From Eledone cirrhosa (taxonomy: Eukaryota), in contig OZ024744.1 in assembly GCA_964016885.1 (NCBI GenBank), positions 9,672,001 to 9,736,000 on the forward strand: a DNA stretch of 64,000 nucleotides. Direction: 5' to 3'. Shown one piece after another: positions 24,318-31,400 of the stretch; the first letter of the stretch is position 1; every line of letters begins with the position of its first letter. The notes under the pieces are model-generated. The model saw only the letters and a program-made list of their open reading frames with translations, was not told where the DNA came from and searched no databases. Made by a program: the position numbers and the translations under genes.

Positions 24318-24900
24318 ATCATTATTTTACGTTCGCTTTCCCTGCCTGCAAGGGTGGGACGGGTCCTATTCAGCACAGCATTTCTCCACTTGTCACGGTC
24401 CTTTCGTCATCTCCGTGAGCTTCATCAATCTGAGGTCTGCTCTCACCACCTCCGCCCATGTTTTTCGTTGTCTTCCTCTACTGAGTCTTCCTTCCACTGG
24501 GATTTCTTGGCACTTCTTTACCCAGTGGTCATCCTCCATGCACATCACATGTCCATACCATCGCAGTATTCTCTCCTGCACACTACAAATTATCCCTATT
24601 ATACAGTTTCCCTCTCAACTCATCCATGCTTGGTCGTTCACGCACATTGACACTGCACATCCAACGGAGCATGCTGGCTTCATTTCTCTCCAGCCGTCAC
24701 ACACCCTCTGCAGTTGCTGCCCATGTCTCACTACAATGCAGCATCGCGCATCTCACAAAGGCATATAATCGGCCTTTCGTACGCAGGGAGAAACCCTTCT
24801 TTGTCAACAGAGGAAGCAGCTCCCTAAACATTTTCCAACCCGTCCTTATTGTAGATACTATGGCCTCGGAGCACCCTCCTCCCTTGCTAATCTGTTCATC
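24318..24900 (-). mobile_element. RTE-clade LINE, 5'-truncated decayed 3' fragment
   Basis: - strand peptides EQISKGGGCSEAIVSTIRTGWKMFRELLPLLTKKGFSLRTKGRLY...MLHCSETWA and QERILRWYGHVMCMEDDHWVKKCQEIPVEGRLSRGRQRKTWAEVVRADL. The RWYGHV...GR.RKTW signature is typical of the RTE ORF C-terminus. Frameshifted; short atc/att-type tail near 24318. Confidence 0.88.
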
Positions 24901-25099
24901 GAAATAGCCGTTGCATATTTCCTCAGCAGGCATCGAGATCTGTGTGAGAAAAGTAAAGTAATGGAGCCGATCTTGAGATCAGACAAAAACTGTTTTCGGA
25001 CAAAAAACTATTTTCTGTTAGCTGCAATATTTGGCAAAAGGTACAAGCTGAAATGAAATGTTTTGTTCAATAACACAACTGTTTCTACTTTTGGCACAA

Positions 25100-25190
25100 G
25101 GGGTCAGCAATTATCTCAGTACATTACTGGTACTTTATTTTATCGACCCCTTAAGGATGAAAGGCAAAGTTAACCTCGGCGGGATTTGAC
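25100..25190 (-). mobile_element. tRNA-derived SINE fragment (octopus-type), left half of palindrome centre
   Basis: - strand reads tcaaatcccgccgaggttaactttgcctttcatccttaaggggtcgataaaataaagtaccagt. This is a B-box remnant followed by the ...gcctttcatcc...ggtcgataaaat...gtaccagt body that I recognise from octopus SINEs. Confidence 0.7.
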
Positions 25191-25199
25191 CCCTTACAG

Positions 25200-25280
25200 T
25201 CTGAGTTCAAATCCAGCCAAGATTAACTTAAGGAGTCGATAAAACAAAGTACCAGTAATGTACTGAGATAATTGCTGACC
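25200..25280 (+). mobile_element. tRNA-derived SINE fragment, right half of palindrome centre (internally deleted)
   Basis: ctgagttcaaatccagccaagattaact...gtcgataaaacaaagtaccagt, with B-box GTTCAAATCC at ~25205. Confidence 0.65.
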
Positions 25281-25482
25281 CCTTGTGCCAAAAGTAGAAA
25301 CAGTTGTGTTATTGAACAAAACATTTCATTTCAGCTTGTACCTTTTGCCAAATATTGCAGCTAACAGAAAATAGATTTTTGTCCGAAAACAGTTTTTGTC
25401 TGATCTCAAGATCGGCTCCATTACTTTACTTTTCTCACACAGATCTCGATGCCTGCTGAGGAAATATGCAACGGCTATTTCG

Positions 25483-25627
25483 ATGATCAGATTAGCAAGG
25501 GAGGAGGGTGCTCCGAGGCCATAGTATCTACAATAAGGACGGGTTGGAAAATGTTTAGGGAGCTGCTTCCTCTGTTGACAAAGAAGGGTTTCTCCCTGCG
25601 TACGAAAGGCCGATTATATGATGCCTT
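25483..25627 (+). mobile_element. RTE LINE fragment duplicated in the right palindrome arm
   Basis: Encodes DQISKGGGCSEAIVSTIRTGWKMFRELLPLLTKKGFSLRTKGRLYDA; reverse complement of ~24757-24900. Confidence 0.85.
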
Positions 25628-25659
25628 GAGGAAATATGCAACGACTATTGCAATAACAT

Positions 25660-25725
25660 AACACATACACTGTCGGTCCAGGAATCGAACCGGTTTGATT
25701 CATGAACGCGAGTTTAATACCAAAC
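25660..25725 (-). mobile_element. Probable tRNA-derived SINE head remnant
   Basis: - strand gtttggtattaaactcgc...ggttcgattcctggacc: an A-box-like segment followed by B-box GGTTCGATTCC. No full cloverleaf. Confidence 0.4.
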
Positions 25726-26056
25726 AGGAAAAATTTGAAAAGAATTTTACAAGAAAAAATGAAAACGGAATCAAATTCGATGTTTAAGAAGCTTCTTTTA
25801 ATAGATCTTTCAAGAGAGACAAAAATATTTTAAAATACAAATAAAACGATTCAGCGTTTATCTCTCAATATATATTCGTTCTAATTCTAAATAAATAGCA
25901 ATAATTTCGGTAAATATACTTTCCGTGTCTCTAAATTACATTTCAAAAGAAATAAAATGTTATTTTGACTTTAGGAAAATATCATACAGCTGAGCGAAAC
26001 TTTTTTTTTTTTGAAAAAAAAGGAAGATTTTTCCAGTACGACATTTTTCCACGGCT

Positions 26057-26062
26057 TTTATT
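26057..26062 (-). terminator. Candidate polyadenylation signal AATAAA of the protamine gene
   Basis: tttatt on +, about 14 nt past the stop codon, followed on - by a T-rich tract near 26014-26021. An alternative ATTAAA lies at 25797-25802. Confidence 0.5.
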
Positions 26063-26075
26063 TCGTGTTAGCGTT

Positions 26076-26438
26076 TCAACATTTCCTCCTGCATCGTTTC
26101 TTTTTCCTTTTCGGACACCTCCTTTTAGGTCTCCGTTTACAACACCTTAGCTTCTTCCTTGGACATGGGCATGGGCATCTCCTTCGCCTTCTACAACACT
26201 TGCTACGTCTTCTACAACATTTTTTCACTATTCTGCTGCATCTACGTCGACATCTTCGACATCTTTTTTTTGATCTTGATCTACATCGTGGTTTACATCT
26301 TGGTCTACATCGTGGTTTTGAACCACAAAACGAAGTTACAATTTTACATGGAGATGGCAACGCCGCCATTACAGTTGACGGCTCTTGTCTGCCCTTACGC
26401 CCCTGAAGGGTCTCCTTGCGAATTTCATGCGTTCCCAT
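26076..26438 (-). CDS. Cysteine-rich sperm protamine precursor (Eledone-type protein E), 120 aa, intronless
   Basis: ATG at 26438, TGA at 26078-26076. Residues 37-120 (FCGSKPRCRPRC...KKKRCRRKC) are 84 aa with 31 Arg, 16 Lys, 19 Cys (22.6%), 8 Pro and no acidic residues. This fits the length and Cys content I recall for E. cirrhosa cysteine-rich protamine. Synonymous codon variation between peptide repeats (CGA/AGA/AGG, AAA/AAG) indicates real coding rather than simple repeat. Confidence 0.93.
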   Translation of the reverse strand: MGTHEIRKETLQGRKGRQEPSTVMAALPSPCKIVTSFCGSKPRCRPRCKPRCRSRSKKRCRRCRRRCSRIVKKCCRRRSKCCRRRRRCPCPCPRKKLRCCKRRPKRRCPKRKKKRCRRKC

Positions 26439-26550
26439 TCCTTTTTACTAAGTTCATAAGATAAAAAGGGGAAAATAAAAAAATCTTCCTTCTTGTGTGA
26501 GTAACGGTCTCGAAATGTGACAACGCTTTGAAAGTTTGACAATTGTATTA

Positions 26551-26566
26551 TGACGTCACTGACGTA
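26551..26566. promoter_or_regulatory. cAMP-response element TGACGTCA plus adjacent CRE-like TGACGTA
   Basis: Perfect palindromic CRE at 26551-26558 and TGACGTA at 26560-26566, 113 bp upstream of the protamine ATG. Inr-like TCACATT on - at 26520-26514. Confidence 0.65.
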
Positions 26567-26574
26567 TTAGGATA

Positions 26575-27212
26575 TTATTGGTTGTTTGGTTGGTTGACTG
26601 GTTGGCTGGTTGGCTGGTGGCTAATTGGCTGGCTGACTGGTTGGTTGGCTGGCTGATGGTTGGTTGGCTGGTTGGGTAGCTGGTTGGTTGTTTGGTTGGC
26701 TGGCTGGTTGCATGGTTCACTGGGTGACTGGTTGGTTGGCTGGTTGACTGGTTGGGTGGTTGGTAGTTTGGTTGGCTGGCTGGTTACATGATTCACTGGG
26801 TGACTGGCTGGTTGGTTGGTTGGTTGACTGGTTGGGTGGTTGGTTGTTTGGTTGGCTGGCTGGTTGCATGGTTCACTGGGTGACTGGTTGGCTGGCTGGT
26901 TGGTTGGTTGGTTGGCTGGGTTTCTGGTTGGTTGGCTGGTGTGGTGGCTGGTTGGCTGGTTGTTTGGGTGGCTGGCTGGTTGCATGGTTCGCTGGGTGGT
27001 TGGATGGTTAACTGGGTGACTAGTTGGTTGGTTGGTTGGTTGGTTGGTTTGTTGGATGGTTCGCTGGGTGACTGGTTGGCTGGTTAGTTGGTTGGCTGGC
27101 TGACTAGTTGGTTGGCTGGCCGACGGTTGGTTGGCTGGTTGGGTGGCTGGTTGGTTGTTTGGTTGGCTGGCTGGTGGGATTGTTTGCTGGGTGGCTGGTT
27201 GGTTGGCTGGCT
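26575..27212. repeat. Compound tetranucleotide microsatellite (TGGT/TGGC)n with a recurring catggttcactgggtgact block
   Basis: 4-bp periodicity. The block recurs at ~26711, 26787, 26867, 26983 and 27055. The Gln/Pro/Asn/Thr and Trp/Leu/Gly ORFs are artefacts. Confidence 0.95.
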
Positions 27213-27545
27213 GCTCTTTTTAATACAGCTGTCATCCTTCATACGCATCACATGTCCATACCAATGCAACCGCCTCTCCTGCACACAGCATTTGATTCTT
27301 CTTATGCTCAGTCTCTCTCTCAATTCATTTATGCTTTGTCGTTCGCGATTATTACTATTACACATCATCTAATATTGCCGTTTGTATACAAGCATCATAC
27401 AATCTGCCTTTCACTTTTAAAGAAAAACCTCTTGTGGCTAACAGCGGTATTAGTCCACGGGACCTTTTCCATCCCGTTCTATCGCTGGCTTCTGTACTTT
27501 CAGAACACCCTCCTCCACTGCTAATTTTGTCACCCATTCGCAATT
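27213..27545 (-). mobile_element. Second, more diverged RTE LINE fragment
   Basis: Peptides GDKISSGGGCSES...TGWKRSRGLIPLLATRGFSLKVKGRLYDACIQTAIL and INELRERLSIRRIKCCVQERRLHWYGHVMRMKDDSCIKK. Internally deleted and cut off at the microsatellite. Confidence 0.85.
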
Positions 27546-28430
27546 TTCAACTGCCACTTTTATGCAAATTTTTTTTACTTCCGTTGTCACTCTTGTCTTC
27601 ATAAAAACAGTGACTATATTTCCATTATTTATTTTCAGAATAATTGATTATGAATAATTTTGAACCTCCAAATTTGTGGAAGCGACACAGAGTTCTTCTT
27701 GGAATCCGCACCGGGAGGACAAATAAGGAAATTTCAGACTTTCTCAGCGTCAGCAGGAGAATGGTGGAAAAGGTAAAAAAGGAATTGGAAGATTCAGGAT
27801 TCGACTACGAAGCAACATCAGAGAGGAAAACACATGATCGACGATCTGACGCCTTCAGAAAGCCCGGGTTCGTCGCTGTAGTTCAGGATATCATCAACAA
27901 TGAACCTAGCAAGTCGATGTGTGCCATTGCAAGGGAGAAGGGCGTGGATGAAAAGCTCATTAGGCTGGTGGTACATGAAGACATTCACTACGTTTCATAC
28001 AAGATGAGGAAAGAACAATTTATGTAAAAGAAAAGTGACTGAAGCACGCAAAGAAGCTGATCAACAAGTTGAAACACCCACTGGAGCCAGACTTGCTGTG
28101 GTTTTTTCTCCAACGAGAAAAACTTCTGCCAAGACCAGAAGATCAACTCCCAGAACAACAAGTGGTTCGCTGTCTCATCCAAAGACATGCCCAGAGTCAT
28201 GCAGACAAAGTTTCCAGCGACAATATTGGTCTTAGGTGTCGTCAGAGGTAGCCGGTTCCGAGGCCGCCTTGAGGCTGTCATCAAAGCCAATGGCGGGTTT
28301 ATCGAGTGAGATTGAAAGAACAAGTCATGAAGACAAACTTAGCCAAGTTTGATAAATATATCTTTAAAAATAAAACTACTGTTATTTTTTCCTAGACAGT
28401 AATCTTTCGAGCAAATATCGGCCGCACCCT
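27546..28430 (+). mobile_element. Tc1/mariner-superfamily DNA transposon (maT/DD37D-like), defective
   Basis: Transposase remnant plus a right end ...gcaaatatcggccgcaccct resembling a TIR. No matching left TIR is visible, so the left boundary is approximate. Confidence 0.75.
27650..28309 (+). pseudogene. Transposase pseudogene
   Basis: Two HTH-like segments (TNKEISDFLSVSRRMVEKVKK; SMCAIAREKGVDEKLIRLVVHED), then stops and frameshifts at ~28025-28110. Next comes FSNEKNFCQDQKINSQNNKW...KFPATILVLGVV fused directly to the C-terminal RFRGRLEAVIKANGGFIE*. The first catalytic Asp is changed (FSDEK to FSNEK) and the rest of the catalytic core is deleted. Confidence 0.82.
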
Positions 28431-31400
28431 TTCTCTCTCAACACATCACATGTCCATACCATCTCAGTCTTCTCTCCTGTACACTACAACTTATCCCTCT
28501 TATACACAGTTTATCTCTCAACACATCAAATGTCCATACCATCTCAGTCTTCTCTCCTGTAGACCACAGCTTATCCCTTTTATACACAGTTTCCCTCTCA
28601 ACTCATCACATGTCCATACCACCTCAGTCTACTCTCCCACACACCACAACTTATCCCTCTTATACCCAGTTTCTCTCTCAACTAATCACATGTCCATACC
28701 ACCTCAGTCTACTCTCCCACACACCACAACTTATCCCTCTTATACACAGAATCTCTCTAAACTCATCACATGTCCACAACATCTCAATCTTCTGTCCTAC
28801 TCACTACAACTTATCCCTCTTATACCCAGTTTCTCTCTCAACTCATCACATGTCCATACCATCTCAGTTTTCTCTCCCACACACTACAACTTATCCCTCT
28901 TATACACAGTTTATCTCTCAACACATCACATGTGCATACCATCTCAGTCTTCTCTCCTGTTGACCACAGCTTATCCCTTTTATACACAGTTTCTCTCTCA
29001 ACTCATCACATGTCCATACCACTTCAGTCTTCTCTCCCACAAACCACAACTTATCCCTCTTAAACCCAGTGTCTCTCTCAACACATCACATGCCCATACC
29101 ATCTCAGTCTTCTCTCCCACACACCACAACTTATCCCTCTTATACCCAGTGTCTCTCTCAACACATCACATGTCCATACCATCTCTGTCTTCATTCCTAC
29201 ACACTACAACTTATCCTTCTCATACACAGTTTCTCTCTCAACACATCAGATGTCCATACCATCTCAGTCTTCTCTCCCACACACTACAACTTATCCCTCT
29301 TATACACAGTTTCTCTCTCAACTCATCACATGTCCATAGCATCTCAGTCTTCTCTCCCACACACCACAACTAATCCTTTTTATACACCGTTTCTCTCTCA
29401 ACTCATCACATGTCCATACCATCTCAGTGTTCTCTCCCACACACCACAACTTATGCCTCTTATACCCAGTTTCTCACTCAACTCATCACATGTCCATACC
29501 ATCTCAGTCTTCTCTCCCACACACTACAACCTATCCCTCTTATACACAGTTTCTCTCTCAACACCTCACATGTCCATACCATCTCAGTCTTCTCTCCCAC
29601 ACACCACAACTTATCCCTCTTATACACAGTTCCTCTTTCAACACATCACATGTCCATACCATCTCAGTCTTCTGTCCCACACACTACAACTTATCCCTCT
29701 TATACACAGTTTCTCTCTTAACTCATCACATGTCCATAGCATCTCAGCCTTCTCTCCCCCCACACTACAACTTATCCCTCTTATACACAGTTTCTCTCTC
29801 AACTCATCACATGTCCATAGCATCTCAGCCTTCTCTCCCCCACACCACAACTTATCCCTCTGATACACAGTTTCTCTCTTAACGTGTCCATACCATCTCA
29901 GTCTTATCTCCTGTACACCACAATTTATCCCTCTTATGCACAGTTTCTCTCTCAACTCGTCACATGTCCGTACCATCTCAGTCTTCTCTCCCACACACCA
30001 CAACTATTCCTTCTTATACACAGTTTCTCTCTCAACACATCAGATGTCCATACCATCTCAGTCTTTTCTCCCATATCGCCCTTATACACCGTTTCTCTCT
30101 CAACTCATCACATGTCCATACCATCTCAGTGTTCTCTCCCACACACCACAACTTATGCCTCTTATACCCAGTTTCTCACTCAACTCATCACATGTCCATA
30201 CCATCTCAGTCTTCTCTCCCACACACTACAACCTATCCCTCTTATACACAGTTTCTCTCTCAACACCTCACATGTCCATACCATCTCAGTCTTCTCTCCC
30301 ACACACCACAACTTATCCCTCTTATACACAGTTCCTCTTTCAACACATCACATGTCCATACCATCTCAGTCTTCTGTCCCACACACTACAACTTATCCCT
30401 CTTATACACAGTCTCTCTCTCAACTCATCACATGTCCATAGCATCTCAGCCTTCTCTCCCCCCACACTACAACTTATCCCTCTTATACACAGTTTCTCTC
30501 TCAACTCATCACATGTCCATAGCATCTCAGCCTTCTCTCCCCCACACCACAACTTATCCCTCTGATACACAGTTTCTCTCTTAACGTGTCCATACCATCT
30601 CAGTCTTATCTCCTGTACACCACAATTTATCCCTCTTATGCACAGTTTCTCTCTCAACTCGTCACATGTCCGTACCATCTCAGTCTTCTCTCCCACACAC
30701 CACAACTATTCCTTCTTATACACAGTTTCTCTCTCAACACAGCAGATGTCCATACCATCTCAGTCTTTTCTCCCATATCGCCCTTATACACCGTTTCTCT
30801 CTCAACTCATCACATGTCCATACCATCTCAGTCTTCTCTCCCACACATCACAACTTATCCCTCTTATACACAGTTCCTCTTTCAACACATCACATGTCCA
30901 TACCATCTCAGTCTTCTGTCCCACACACTACAACTTATCCCTCTTATACACAGTTTCTCTCTCAACTCATCACATGTCCATAGCATCTCAGCCTTCTCTC
31001 CCCCCACACCACAACTTATCCCTCTTATACACAGTTTCTCTCTCAACTCATCACATGTCCATAGCATCTCAGCCTTCTCTCCCCCCACACCACAACTTAT
31101 CCCTCTAATACACAGTTTCTCTCTTAACGTGTCCATACCATCTCAGTCTTCTCTCCCCCACACTACAACTTATCCCTCTTATACCCAGTGTCTCTCTCAA
31201 CACATCACATGGCCATACCATCTCAGTCTTCTCTCCCACACACTACAACTTATCCCTCTTATACACAGTTTCTCTCTCAACTCATCACATGTCCATACCA
31301 TCTCAGCCTTCTCTCCCCCACACCACAACTTATCCCTCTGATACACAGTTTCTCTCTTAACGTGTCCATACCATCTCAGTCTTATCTCCTGTACACCACA

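Larger units (their letters stand above)
24757..25627. repeat. Long inverted repeat (fold-back palindrome): arms ~24757-25189 and ~25205-25627
   Basis: ORF 24697..24933(-) and ORF 25449..25661(+) encode almost the same N-terminal peptide. The arms are reverse complements (e.g. 24762 catataatcggcc vs ggccgattatatg ending at 25620). Only a few differences are visible outside the central ~100 bp. Confidence 0.95.

Noticed and set aside
24250-24907. + strand ORFs 24250-24768, 24354-24650 and 24626-24907
   Set aside because: They are antisense to the RTE LINE remnant and have no independent protein features.
25660-25725. tRNA gene
   Set aside because: Only a B-box and a weak A-box; no acceptor or anticodon stems. 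Better explained as a SINE remnant.
26079-26330. Origin of the Cys-rich protamine from the neighbouring TGTAG satellite, or identity as a metallothionein or keratin-associated protein
   Set aside because: Shared TGTAG words are just Cys-Arg codons with 3/12-bp rather than 5-bp periodicity. A 56% Arg+Lys content fits a protamine, not a metallothionein.
25965-26464. + strand ORFs 25965-26150, 26011-26406 and 26159-26464 (hydrophobic, membrane-protein-like)
   Set aside because: They are antisense shadows of the purine-rich protamine ORF, and all begin at TTG codons.
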